NCBI GenBank assembly: GCA_040217195.1
Contig: JAVJNR010000003.1
Location: 96,001 to 160,000 of the forward strand
Source: Leptospiraceae bacterium
GTDB lineage: Bacteria; Spirochaetota; Leptospiria; Leptospirales; Leptonemataceae
Length of the DNA: 64,000 nt
Reading direction: 5' to 3'
The notes under the pieces are model-generated. The model ran no database searches. It was not told where the DNA came from and saw nothing but the letters and a program-made list of their open reading frames with translations. Below, piece after piece: positions 1 through 9,926 of the stretch. Made by a program: the position numbers and the translations under genes. The stretch's first letter is position 1. Each line of letters starts with the position of its first letter.

Positions 1-3000
1 CAGGATTGAAATCGGGAATCGTGATGGCCAGCCAGCGTGCCAGTGCCTGAAAATATATTCTAGCCTGTATATCGTATCTGTGATGCTTCATTTCCCTGGA
101 GAGATGTTCATTGTCGTAGGCCTCCAATGAATTGGTCTTCCAGTCCAGAAGGTAATAGCAATTGTCTACTCTAAAGATCAAATCCACGAAGCCGCGTAAA
201 TAGACCTCATTTAGCTCTGATAGATCCACGCCGGCCCAGGAAGCAAGCTCTGCAGGATTCGCTGTAATAAAGAATTCCATCTCTGCCAGAAGATCCCTGG
301 ATGGGACACTGGACAGGGATACCCCGGCACCGGGTAAAACGGTTGTCAGAGTATTGCGAAGCATTTGCTCCATGGCTAAAAGAAATGCAGGATCCCGGGC
401 TCGATCCGGAAAATATTGATTGGCTCGGCTGGAAATGGCCGGTTGAATCTGTCCCTCCAGAATGTCCTGGAAATCCAGGTCTTCCAGGATACTGTGCACC
501 ATCAGTCCGAAGTCAATGCCAGCAGGTAGAGACGCTTGGCCTGAATCCGGCGAATCGGACTCAATGATCTCTTCTTCCAGGCGCGTGGCTCCGAGCATCT
601 CTTCTAGCTTCTCCTGCAAGGATCTCACTTCAAGGGGAGCTGTAATTCGGCTGAGAAGGCTACTGAAAGAATGAATACCGCTTCGATGAAAGGAAAGCTG
701 TAGATCCGGGCTATGAAAATTAAACAACTCCTCTTCCTGCGAAGATTCTTCAATGTCCTGCGATGGGCTGCTCCCGGAGGAAGGTGCATTTCGAAAACGT
801 ATCAATTCTGCAATCCCGGATTCGGATAGATCGGACATCACCGGTCCCAGCACCTCTTTCTGTAACGGATGAATCCCTTTCGCATCCGAAACAAAGTAGA
901 TAAATAGTTTTAGTGCTGCTCGAGTGAAGGCAACGTAAGCAAGACGCCTGTCTTCGCCCAGGCTTTCCAGCCGATGCCTTTCCCGCCGTTGCTCATCATG
1001 ACTGAGACTTAGCTTCATGCCGCCCGAATCCTGGTAACGCAAGATTTCAGGGAAGCCTCCTCTGGAGGTAAATTGAAGTGCAGAAAATACTACCGGAAAC
1101 TGTAGTCCCTTGCTTGCATGGATGGTCATGATGGAGACTCCGGGCTTTTCCCTTTTCCTTCGCATTAAATCCTGCTGAATGTCTGCTCCATAGGCGGCTC
1201 GCTGAACATACTGGATGAGCTCTTCCAGGCTACTTCCATATCCGATCGCATATTCCGAAAACTCTTCCAGTAGCTGCAAAGTCACCGAGATTCGGGATTC
1301 ATAGAGATGATTGCTTTCCCTCTTCTGCAGAACAAACGTTGAGTCCAGGAGGTTGCGAAAGAATTGAGGCCACTTTCCAGGAAGAGCCAATTCCCGCAGT
1401 TGGTCGAGTATCTGAACCACAGGATGATCCAGGCCAGGCTCCGGAAGAGAAGCCACCGATACGAGGGGAGCTGGAAAAAAGGAGGTCAATCGTAATTGAT
1501 TGTAATGTCTGTGTAGATCCTGAAGGCTGTGCAGTAATACCAGAAATTCATAGGCAGGCACACTGGTGTACAGACCGGACTCCTTGTAAATACTGCATGG
1601 AATAGATCGTTCCCTGAGTACCTTTTCGATGAGGCGTGCATCCTTATTCCTGGAGACCAGAATGGCCATATCTTCGTATTGCAGATTTCGCTTAATCTCA
1701 GATTCATTTCGACCTTCCAGAAGCTGAAATTTTCCGGCCAGCAGATTGATGTCTCCGGCTATCAATCTGGCGGTTTCAAACATACGAAGACGCTGATTTC
1801 CAGCATCCTTTAAATCATGTATTTCTACCGGAGGTGTATCCACACCGTCTGGCCATTTCCACTTTCTCAGTTCGTCGGAGGCAGCGTCAACGGAATGATA
1901 TAGGTCTCCAAACCAGTTACTATGGGAGAATAGTTTATCGAATACTCGAAGCAGTGGAGCATGGGAGCGGTAGCTGATGGATAATCTACCTTCCAGTCCA
2001 TCGACAGTGATCGCTTTTCGAGCCATTTCATAGGCCGAAATGTCCGCTCCCCGGAAGCCGTATATGGACTGTTTGGGATCGCCCACCACTGTAATTGAGG
2101 CTCCGGGGGCAGATACAAGATAGATATTCTTGAAGATACTCCATTGAACTGGATCTGTATCCTGAAACTCGTCAATGACTGCGAATGGAAAACGGTCCCT
2201 TAACAGAGCGGCCAGGTCAGAACTGTGCTCCACCTCTCGATCCACGAATCTAAGTAAATCCTGAAACTCCAGACTTCGATTGGCTTTCTTCCAGTTTCCG
2301 GTTATCCGATCCACCTGCAGACTACAGAGTTCCAGGAATCGCTCATAGACCGGAGCTTTTTGTTGTCTACCTGCCTCCCAGATCTTCACCAGCTCATGCA
2401 GGAATTCACCTAAATTCGATTCAACCCCATCCCACAGGGGATCCTCTGAAGATCCCATGTTCTGTACTGTGAGCTCTCCAGCAGACTTTAGTAATGGCCA
2501 GAAGTACTCCGAACTGTGATGTTTTGAATCGGCCAGAAATCGAAACAATTGCCATAGACTTTCCTGCCAGGTGGCAGATGCGGATCGAACCCTGCTATTA
2601 AACTGCTTTCTAGTGGCCAGCAACTCTTTGTTCAGTTGCGAATCCTTGCTCAATTGTTCCGGAGCATTCCAGGAATCCGAGTAAAGGGGTTTTAGTAAAG
2701 AAAGGCCATAAAGAAGATTTTCATCCAGATCCAGAAGTCTTTGCTTCAATTCCTGGATCCGCAACTGAATCTCTGCAGGAATCAACTCCTGGTCCGGTAC
2801 GAACGGAATATGAATCTGTGTCTCTGTCTGTGCGCCGAATAACGGAAACAGATCTTCGGATTGACCTGCTGGCTTCGCAGAATCTGAGAAATCCAGTGGC
2901 AATCCCTGCTCGCGAATATGCTCCAGCAAGTTGAGAAGCTGATCATCAAAAGAGAATCCATCTGTGCTAAAACCCACTCGGTAATCAAAGAAATCGGATA

Positions 3001-3541
3001 TGGATAATGCCAGCGGCAACTGATCGGCGAACCAATCCATCAGATACTTGCGAATGGTTTCAGTAATTGCCTCCTGGCGAAGTAGATCATTCTGTTCAAT
3101 TCTGAAATCCGCATCTCCGGCCAGGCCGGTGGTGCGAATGATATGGTTGCAGAATCCATGAATTGTGAAAATGCAGGCAGAATCAAAACGCTTTAGAGCC
3201 AGATTCGCTCTTTGCTGCATGGTGGCTTCGTCAGCCCCTTCAGGAACTTTCGAGAGACTGGCAAGCCCTTCGCGAACAAATCGAGCCAATCTCTGTCGAA
3301 TGCGTAGCTTGAGTTCTCCAGTGGCTTTCTCGGTAAATGTCAAAACCAGAACTTCATGTATTTCAGGCACTCGAAGATCGGAGCTACCGTTCAGATGAGC
3401 CCCGTGCAGAATCCAGAACAGGACCTGTTCTTCAATAAAGTGGGTTTTTCCAGTACCGGCCGAGGCTTCAATAATTCGATGCTTTCCGCTACCCAGGAAC
3501 TCTGGCTCATACGGATCCAGATGCCTTGCAACATCGTTCAT
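1..3541 (-). CDS. recB: Exodeoxyribonuclease V beta subunit RecB (UvrD-type helicase plus C-terminal PD-(D/E)xK nuclease); 3' end runs off the window
   Basis: Absent from the ORF track because no stop falls inside the window. I translated both ends by hand. ATG at 3541 overlaps the recC stop (ATGA) and reads MNDVARHLDP...IIEASAGTGKT (helicase motif I), then VLTFTEKATGEL. Later motifs are IDEFQDT and MTIHASKGLQF; near base 1 is the nuclease motif GFVDLIF...LLDWKTN...YDIQARIY. Confidence 0.93.
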   Translation of the reverse strand, partial: MNDVARHLDPYEPEFLGSGKHRIIEASAGTGKTHFIEEQVLFWILHGAHLNGSSDLRVPEIHEVLVLTFTEKATGELKLRIRQRLARFVREGLASLSKVPEGADEATMQQRANLALKRFDSACIFTIHGFCNHIIRTTGLAGDADFRIEQNDLLRQEAITETIRKYLMDWFADQLPLALSISDFFDYRVGFSTDGFSFDDQLLNLLEHIREQGLPLDFSDSAKPAGQSEDLFPLFGAQTETQIHIPFVPDQELIPAEIQLRIQELKQRLLDLDENLLYGLSLLKPLYSDSWNAPEQLSKDSQLNKELLATRKQFNSRVRSASATWQESLWQLFRFLADSKHHSSEYFWPLLKSAGELTVQNMGSSEDPLWDGVESNLGEFLHELVKIWEAGRQQKAPVYERFLELCSLQVDRITGNWKKANRSLEFQDLLRFVDREVEHSSDLAALLRDRFPFAVIDEFQDTDPVQWSIFKNIYLVSAPGASITVVGDPKQSIYGFRGADISAYEMARKAITVDGLEGRLSISYRSHAPLLRVFDKLFSHSNWFGDLYHSVDAASDELRKWKWPDGVDTPPVEIHDLKDAGNQRLRMFETARLIAGDINLLAGKFQLLEGRNESEIKRNLQYEDMAILVSRNKDARLIEKVLRERSIPCSIYKESGLYTSVPAYEFLVLLHSLQDLHRHYNQLRLTSFFPAPLVSVASLPEPGLDHPVVQILDQLRELALPGKWPQFFRNLLDSTFVLQKRESNHLYESRISVTLQLLEEFSEYAIGYGSSLEELIQYVQRAAYGADIQQDLMRRKREKPGVSIMTIHASKGLQFPVVFSALQFTSRGGFPEILRYQDSGGMKLSLSHDEQRRERHRLESLGEDRRLAYVAFTRAALKLFIYFVSDAKGIHPLQKEVLGPVMSDLSESGIAELIRFRNAPSSGSSPSQDIEESSQEEELFNFHSPDLQLSFHRSGIHSFSSLLSRITAPLEVRSLQEKLEEMLGATRLEEEIIESDSPDSGQASLPAGIDFGLMVHSILEDLDFQDILEGQIQPAISSRANQYFPDRARDPAFLLAMEQMLRNTLTTVLPGAGVSLSSVPSRDLLAEMEFFITANPAELASWAGVDLSELNEVYLRGFVDLIFRVDNCYYLLDWKTNSLEAYDNEHLSREMKHHRYDIQARIYFQALARWLAITIPDFNP

Positions 3542-6500
3542 TGCCAGACCTCCTCAATCCTGGTGCGCATTTCCACTCTCCGCTCAAATTCACTGGAATC
3601 GGCCCCCAGGCTTCCAGATTGCATGATTAGCTCCATAAGCCGGGAAGCATCCAGCTTTTCCATTACCATACCAAGTACCGGATGAGTGGATTCCTGGAGT
3701 TCCTGCCAGGAGTCCAGAAGTAGCTCCTCCATACGGTGTGGGCTCAGGTCGCCCTCCTTCAAATCATGGAACATCAATGGACCGTATATCTGTAGCTCAT
3801 CGCAAAGATACTCCGCCATTTCTTTCATTTCATCCAGGCCGACCGATAGCTGGCGAACTTCCAGCTTTCCTTCGCCAGATAATTTGAGAAAGCAAACCTC
3901 ATGCTTCAGTTCCATGTTTCGTTGCAGTGCGAAAAACAATAGGCTCATGAAGGTGCCAATAAGAGTGCGGCTATCCAGGGCATTGCCTGCCGGTACAATA
4001 AACCGTCTTGATTGATTGGAAAAATAGGGAATGGAAAAATGAAACTCCATGCCTCGAATGGAGTACGGAGATTCAAGTTGCATGAATGGCAGAGGCCGCA
4101 GATCCGGACGCATGGAAGAAATATAGGCACCATCGTCAGCTACCAGATCTATGAAAGTCTGATTTTCCAGGGAAAGGTATGGCTGATTCTGATCCAGAGT
4201 GAAGTAATCCAGATCCGCGAAATAACCGGCCGGAGCGGCCCCTCTGGATATTAGATCCTGATACAGAGTTTCCAGAAGTTTCCTGTATGCTTCACTGGAG
4301 CCCAGAAAATGGGCTGCCAGGTCCCGCATCAGATATTTGAGCTGATTTCTATGGCCTGGAATCAGTCGATAGGGCTCATCCGAAACATCCGATGCATCCT
4401 CCTGACGTAGCGGATAGGCATTTAGCTTAAAATCCAGAAAAGCTCTCAGGGGCTCCGTGAATAGTCTTACAAGCTGATGGGGTTTGAAACTCTTGCGAAA
4501 CAGAGCGGAAGGCTCCTGTTTCTCTGGAACTGGATTGGACGATTGAGTCTCTGCGAACCATCTTTCGCGCAATACCTTCACATGCAAGGGATCTAGAATT
4601 TCACTGTTGTTATACTCTCTAGAAATCCACAGATAAGGCAATAGCTGACGTTTCTCCCTTTTGAGGAAATCCTCCAGCTCCAGAATCACCGAAGATGGCT
4701 GGTATTCATCATCTCGGGCTAGATCCCGGCCCACGTAGCTCAGAGTAAGACTATCCTCATAACTGCTAATCGCTTCGAGAAATAAGAATCGATTTCCATC
4801 CGGCAATGAAGAATCGCCAGGTAATCGAAATTGTCTGCGAAGGTCTTCTGGATGAGATAGTGGAAATCCAGGAAAATCCCCTTCCTTCAGTCCAGCTATA
4901 TAGAGATGGCGAAACGGGATGGGGCGCATGGGCTGCAGAGCTGAAATAGTTACTCCCTGGATCAGATATTCTCCAATGCCACCGGCCACTTCTTTCAACG
5001 ATTCCAGAACCCATTCCCTGGCCATCAATGGAGCGGGTATGAATCCTATTTTTTTGCATTCCTCTCTGGCGGATTGAAGACTTTCCATCAAGGAAAGATA
5101 AATCCGGCTTTCTTTGCGATGATCCTTAATACTGACGAAGGTTTGAATTAGTTCCCGAATAACTGTAAATGGATCATCGGAATGTTTCAGTTCCTTGCGA
5201 AAGCTCTCAAGTTGCTCAATAAAGTCCCAGAGCCGACCAAAGAGATCTGGCTCAAAGATGCCTCTGGGTGCTGGCTGGTATCCCTGAAACGGCCCGGCCC
5301 TGCCTACCATGATATCAGAAAGTCGTAATCGTCGCAGCCCATGTTTCCAGGAATGAACCGGAAAAACAGTGTCCGAGCTTCCTCGAAAGATATTCAGTTC
5401 ATCCACCTTTTGCAGCAAGCTCTGGTAGTCCTCCGATTGGAATCCCCATTTCTTGCGGATCATCGGATTGGCCAGAAGATGAAATACATTCCTGCGATCC
5501 AGAGGTTGATCAAATTTCAACAGAGTTCGCAGCGCATCCCCCAGTCGGCTGGTCTCTCTGGCAGAAAAATCCGTAAGATTGAAAGGTAACTGATTCCTGC
5601 CGCCGAATACATATTCGAAATGAGCCCGATACCGATGCATGGTGGGTACCAGAATACCGATGTCCTCTGGCTTCAGCGAATCATCGTCTCTTAGTTTGAT
5701 AAGTATATCATCATGAATGAATTCTACTTCCTTTCGCATCCCTGGAGCTTCCACTATCTTAAGCGATGTGTCCGGTCCCAGGCTTTTCAGTACCCCGGCC
5801 GATTTGCTCCCCGGGTATCGATGCCATAAAAGGTAACTTCCTTTAGACTCCAGAAAGGATTGTCCCTTGCGGAATAGAAATAGTAGTTCCTGTCCATCCC
5901 TTTGAAAACTGTATTCCTGTTCGCTGAGATTTCTGTGGAGCACTTGAAGAGACTCATCTTCCTTTCTGGTCTGGAATACTGGAGGATCGATTTGCTCCCA
6001 TTCCGTGCCCTGCGGATGAGTAAGAGAGGATGAGAATACATCAAAAAGAAAGATTCGAACCGGAAAATGTAGCGATAGTCGAAACAGCAAAGAAAGATGC
6101 AGTCGGGACATCCGCGAAAGGCCAAATACATAGAGAGGATCCTCCGTAAACTCTCCTCGTTCAAGCGCCAGTCCTGCTAGCTCTGAGAATCCCAGAAATC
6201 CTGCCGAATGTAATTTCTCCAGCATAGAACAATATAGCTTTTTCTGTGTGCGAAAGTGGTGGTTCTCTTCCAGGGAAAATGTTTCTTCCAATCCGAAGAT
6301 ATCGGAATCGAATGTTGTGGGACTGGAAGACAGCTCCTTTTGCCAGGAGCGAATCATAGGATTTCTATGATACTCGTAATCCCGGAATAGATAGGTAAGA
6401 TGGGCCGATCGTCTATAGAGTTCCAGGGAATCCGGTGCGCTGCCCAGGGATGGATCAATGGACGGATCGGTTTGAAGAGCCTGGATCAAGGCCCATTGCT

Positions 6501-6756
6501 GCAAACCGGCGGATGCCTGTCTGGATTGCAGACCAGCGCTCAGCACACTGGAAATTCCCTGTTCCAGGTACTGGAAGTTCAGATTGGCCGCCACTCCCTT
6601 ACTGTTTGCCAGTTGCATTTGCATCCAGCGTCGCAGATTTCGGTTGGGAATAAGCAACCTGGGCGGTCGCAGAGGATCCGAATGAGAAGCCAGCTGAGAC
6701 TGGAGCTTGCTCAGCAATCGCTCCAGTGTATCTGCAATGTAGAGCTCCATACTCAC
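3538..6756 (-). CDS. recC: Exodeoxyribonuclease V gamma subunit RecC
   Basis: 1072 aa; N-terminal LIPNRNLRRWMQMQLA..GVAAN, REVE-like RKEVEFIHD..DIGILVP and PMRPIPF..GL.EGDFP RecC motifs; directly upstream of recB. Start may be ATG 6750. Confidence 0.92.
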   Translation of the reverse strand: MSMELYIADTLERLLSKLQSQLASHSDPLRPPRLLIPNRNLRRWMQMQLANSKGVAANLNFQYLEQGISSVLSAGLQSRQASAGLQQWALIQALQTDPSIDPSLGSAPDSLELYRRSAHLTYLFRDYEYHRNPMIRSWQKELSSSPTTFDSDIFGLEETFSLEENHHFRTQKKLYCSMLEKLHSAGFLGFSELAGLALERGEFTEDPLYVFGLSRMSRLHLSLLFRLSLHFPVRIFLFDVFSSSLTHPQGTEWEQIDPPVFQTRKEDESLQVLHRNLSEQEYSFQRDGQELLFLFRKGQSFLESKGSYLLWHRYPGSKSAGVLKSLGPDTSLKIVEAPGMRKEVEFIHDDILIKLRDDDSLKPEDIGILVPTMHRYRAHFEYVFGGRNQLPFNLTDFSARETSRLGDALRTLLKFDQPLDRRNVFHLLANPMIRKKWGFQSEDYQSLLQKVDELNIFRGSSDTVFPVHSWKHGLRRLRLSDIMVGRAGPFQGYQPAPRGIFEPDLFGRLWDFIEQLESFRKELKHSDDPFTVIRELIQTFVSIKDHRKESRIYLSLMESLQSAREECKKIGFIPAPLMAREWVLESLKEVAGGIGEYLIQGVTISALQPMRPIPFRHLYIAGLKEGDFPGFPLSHPEDLRRQFRLPGDSSLPDGNRFLFLEAISSYEDSLTLSYVGRDLARDDEYQPSSVILELEDFLKREKRQLLPYLWISREYNNSEILDPLHVKVLRERWFAETQSSNPVPEKQEPSALFRKSFKPHQLVRLFTEPLRAFLDFKLNAYPLRQEDASDVSDEPYRLIPGHRNQLKYLMRDLAAHFLGSSEAYRKLLETLYQDLISRGAAPAGYFADLDYFTLDQNQPYLSLENQTFIDLVADDGAYISSMRPDLRPLPFMQLESPYSIRGMEFHFSIPYFSNQSRRFIVPAGNALDSRTLIGTFMSLLFFALQRNMELKHEVCFLKLSGEGKLEVRQLSVGLDEMKEMAEYLCDELQIYGPLMFHDLKEGDLSPHRMEELLLDSWQELQESTHPVLGMVMEKLDASRLMELIMQSGSLGADSSEFERRVEMRTRIEEVWQ

Positions 6757-6788
6757 TTCTGCAGATTACCGGTTAACTGTGACAGAAA

Positions 6789-7586
6789 TCAAGTAGCAAT
6801 GGGATGCTTGCCCTGAGCCACCTGACGACGACTGAAGAAATGAATTACATCTGGCATCCATCGAGCACCGAAGTAGCACAGCCGGGCCATTATACCCGGT
6901 AAATACCTTCGCTTTCTCTTTTCCATGGATCGAATCATTCCCGCCACCACTTTGTCTGGATCATCCACCAGCCAGGAAGGGATACTGGAAGATCGATCCT
7001 CACCGTATCCTGGAGAATCCAGAATGGCGGTTCGAGTGAAGAAAGGATGAATGTTGAGTACCCGAATGTTCCTTCCGGCCAATTCCTGATCTAGCACATC
7101 ACCCAGGGAGCGAATTCCCCATTTGCTCACTACATAGGAAGCAAGTCCGGCCGGAGCCAGCAATCCAGCCACAGAAGAAATATGCACAATCATGCCACCG
7201 TCTTTGATTCTATCATGCAGGCCATGGGTAATTCGAATAGGGGCCAGAAGATTCACGGCCACCACACGCTCCGTTTCTACCAGCGGAACATTCTGAAAAG
7301 AACCTTTTCGCGCAATACCTGCATTGTGAACGATTAGATCTACATCTCCGAGCTTCTTAATGGCACTGCGTACCAGCTTCTTACAGCCAGCTTCCGTAGA
7401 AAGGTCGCAATTTTCTGAAAAGATTTCTCCGTTAGATACATCCTGGATTTCCTTAAGGAAGGCAGGACTTACTTTTAGATCGGCAAGCAGGATGCTGGCT
7501 CCGCGCACAGATAATTGTCGGGCCAATCGGGAGCCGAAGCCCCCGGTAGCGCCTGTGAGGAGAATTCTCTTTCCGGTCCAATCCAT
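6789..7586 (-). CDS. Short-chain dehydrogenase/reductase
   Basis: TGATGGFG Rossmann motif, HNAG, catalytic YVVSK (YxxxK). Confidence 0.9.
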   Translation of the reverse strand: MDWTGKRILLTGATGGFGSRLARQLSVRGASILLADLKVSPAFLKEIQDVSNGEIFSENCDLSTEAGCKKLVRSAIKKLGDVDLIVHNAGIARKGSFQNVPLVETERVVAVNLLAPIRITHGLHDRIKDGGMIVHISSVAGLLAPAGLASYVVSKWGIRSLGDVLDQELAGRNIRVLNIHPFFTRTAILDSPGYGEDRSSSIPSWLVDDPDKVVAGMIRSMEKRKRRYLPGIMARLCYFGARWMPDVIHFFSRRQVAQGKHPIAT

Positions 7587-7616
7587 TCGTTGAAACCATC
7601 GTCCAGCGGTAGCTCG

Positions 7617-8303
7617 TCAAGCTACCTTTTCCATCAATAGATAGGACAGAGCCAGGGCACCGGTGTAGAGCAGACTAATCTTGAATCCATTGAATATCCA
7701 GTAAAACCAGGGTTTGTTCTGGCTCAGATGGAAATGCTGATACAGAAAGAATCCAAGCATGAATTCCGGAAGCAGAACATACACAGCCACATGGCCTACC
7801 ATGCTGACATTACGGGCATACCAGGATCCCAGCATCCACAGACTGGCTTCAGAGGCGGCAAAAATTAAAAGTCCTACAAATCCACAAAGCAATGCAGCCT
7901 TGAATTCGGATCCATGGGAAAGCCATTGCTCGGATGTGAAAGCTCCCTGGTACAGTCGACCGGAAAGTAGAATGAAAAAGAATGGAATGGCCCACAGTCC
8001 TGCCATATAGCCACTGACAGTACCTATCTTCAAAACACCGTCTTCGGGAAATACAAGAACCCCCAGGACAGCCGAAAGAAACCAATCGGGTAGCACCTGA
8101 AAGATGCTTACTATTGTGGAGAAAAGCCAGATAGCCCAGAGCTCCGGAAAGCGCTCTCTGTTAAGGAAGGAGAATCCTCCAAATAGCAACGCGAAAAACA
8201 AAACCAGAAGCAGAAAATGCCATCCTGCGGGGACCGGAATAAGCAATGTGCCTGCACATAGGGCAGCGAAGATTGCGGTTAGTTTAAGTATTGAGCCGAG
8301 CAT
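7617..8303 (-). CDS. Multi-pass membrane protein (DUF6989-like)
   Basis: About 7 hydrophobic segments and a QVLPDWFLS motif. Start moved to ATG 8303. Family recalled from memory. Confidence 0.65.
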   Translation of the reverse strand: MLGSILKLTAIFAALCAGTLLIPVPAGWHFLLLVLFFALLFGGFSFLNRERFPELWAIWLFSTIVSIFQVLPDWFLSAVLGVLVFPEDGVLKIGTVSGYMAGLWAIPFFFILLSGRLYQGAFTSEQWLSHGSEFKAALLCGFVGLLIFAASEASLWMLGSWYARNVSMVGHVAVYVLLPEFMLGFFLYQHFHLSQNKPWFYWIFNGFKISLLYTGALALSYLLMEKVA

Positions 8304-8373
8304 AGGAATTGTATTGCCAGATCCAAATTGAATACCAGCCTGGGTGGAGAACAAGCGAATTACGAGTAAATGA

Positions 8374-8553
8374 ATGAAGTTTTTAAAGCTGGAAGATACC
8401 TATTTGAATATTAAGAGGGCTCGACGAATCCAGGTAGACGATAACGGAGAAGTCCTGGTTGTTTTTCGCAGAAAAGAAGCCTATCGATTTACTGGAAGAA
8501 AAGCAGAGCTTCTGAAGAAGTATCTGCTGCAAAACCATACGGAAGTTTCCTGA
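8374..8553 (+). CDS. Small hypothetical protein, 59 aa (below the ORF-track cutoff)
   Basis: Hand-translated MKFLKLEDTYLNIKRARRIQVDDNGEVLVVFRRKEAYRFTGRKAELLKKYLLQNHTEVS; fills an otherwise empty gap of about 310 bp; protein-like composition. Confidence 0.6.
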   Translation: MKFLKLEDTYLNIKRARRIQVDDNGEVLVVFRRKEAYRFTGRKAELLKKYLLQNHTEVS

Positions 8554-8616
8554 CTTACTTTTGAATTCTGGTGGCAGGGAATTGCTGCTCCGGATTGTCC
8601 GAAGCAGCATATTCGA

Positions 8617-9207
8617 TTATCTGGCTGCTTGAATTGTCATTTCAGCTTCGATCAAACTAAGTCGATCTGCCGCTTTAACGGCTTCTTCTCTTAGCTGCAT
8701 TCCAGAATCTATGATTGAGTCGCCTTCGCGTACAGTTACTGCTCGCAGTTCTCCTGCATCTACATAACTGGCTTCAACAGGAACCCATTTGCCATTTCGA
8801 ATCACAAAAATCTCAGAAGGCTTATCGCGCAGTGCATAGTAGGTGCTGGATTCGCCATCTTTTTCCATGGTGATTTCCAGAGTATTTTTGTCCAGGCTCT
8901 TCATGGTAACCCTGGATCCATCAGGTCCTTCATGAGCAGTGAACACAGGGCGTCCGCTCCAGAACTCAATCAGGTTGAACACAACGATATCCAGAAACAT
9001 GGAAAAGCCATAAACTGGTATCACTGCCATTAGAATCATCAGAATACTTTGAACAACTCCAGTAGCTTTGGGTCCACCAACAGTGACAGAACCATTGAAC
9101 TTATAGATAGTTCTAACCAGAGGGAAGTGACCGTAGCACCCGCCAAAGGCCAGAGGAAAAATGCTGGCTACAGCAAGAGCTGCAATCCATTTCTTAAATC
9201 TGCTCAT
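8617..9207 (-). CDS. DUF3332 family lipoprotein
   Basis: GGCYGHFPLVRTIYKFN and D.VVFNLIEFWSG signatures; AAAGGAG RBS before ATG 9207. Confidence 0.8.
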   Translation of the reverse strand: MSRFKKWIAALAVASIFPLAFGGCYGHFPLVRTIYKFNGSVTVGGPKATGVVQSILMILMAVIPVYGFSMFLDIVVFNLIEFWSGRPVFTAHEGPDGSRVTMKSLDKNTLEITMEKDGESSTYYALRDKPSEIFVIRNGKWVPVEASYVDAGELRAVTVREGDSIIDSGMQLREEAVKAADRLSLIEAEMTIQAAR

Positions 9208-9335
9208 ACAAACTCCTTTCAATACTCCATTGAATTGCGAAGGCATTCCAGCCTCGCCTTTCACCGCTAATGTGACATAGAGAGGATAAGGATTCAAGCT
9301 TTTACCCGAAGCAACGAATGATTTATTGACAATTA

Positions 9336-9668
9336 TCAGAGGAACGATTTCCAACCTTCCAGATCCAGACCACAGGTGGACCGTTCCCGGCTACGAACCA
9401 CTGGAGTCTTTAGTAGCAATGGATACTCAAGTAGCTTGTCCAGGGGATCGTATTTCATGTACTGCAGTGATTGCTTTTTGTATTCTTTACTCTCCGGATC
9501 TATGAGCTCTTCCAGGGGTATGTTTCTGGAAACAGACTCCAACTCCCCTCGGCTCATGGGTTTTTCCTGGATGTTCACGAAGTGATAGGATACCCCCCTT
9601 TCCTTGAAGAACATCTCAGCCCTTCTGGATGCTTTACATTTCCTGGTACCAAATATCTGCAGGCTCAT
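9336..9668 (-). CDS. ArsC/Spx-family glutaredoxin-like protein
   Basis: IFGTRKC..SRRAEMFFKERG and PLLLKTPVVR motifs; 110 aa. Confidence 0.88.
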   Translation of the reverse strand: MSLQIFGTRKCKASRRAEMFFKERGVSYHFVNIQEKPMSRGELESVSRNIPLEELIDPESKEYKKQSLQYMKYDPLDKLLEYPLLLKTPVVRSRERSTCGLDLEGWKSFL

Positions 9669-9830
9669 AGATCCAGATTCTGGAATCCCCGGATTCGGAC
9701 AGCCAAAAAGTTCGCCCGGCCTTCCCGGGCCTGGTGGCCGACTATAACAACCGATAGCCTCAGCTGAAACACTTCCTGAGAATCAACAAACCAGGAGGGA
9801 TTGGCAAATGGCTCCCAGACTGCACTGCGC

Positions 9831-9847
9831 ATGAGACTAATTCTCAT
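9831..9847. promoter_or_regulatory. Fur-box-like inverted repeat upstream of the porin gene
   Basis: ATGAGA-CTAAT-TCTCAT palindrome, resembling the TGAGAATnATTCTCA 7-1-7 Fur consensus. Confidence 0.6.
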
Positions 9848-9875
9848 TTTTGATTGACCCCGGGGTACCGATTCT

Positions 9876-9890
9876 GATTCTCGTTCGCAA
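9876..9890. promoter_or_regulatory. Second, weaker Fur-box-like site
   Basis: TGATTCTCGTTCGCA (reverse complement TGCGAACGAGAATCA), about 40 nt before the porin start. Confidence 0.4.
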
Positions 9891-9926
9891 AAACGGGCGT
9901 TAGTGCCCAATTCACCTGAGGAAGCA

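Noticed and set aside
1..3541. Apparent 3.5-kb region with only short ORFs, suggesting a pseudogene or non-coding island
   Set aside because: It is recB on the minus strand, omitted from the track because its stop lies outside the window; the short ORFs are shadows.
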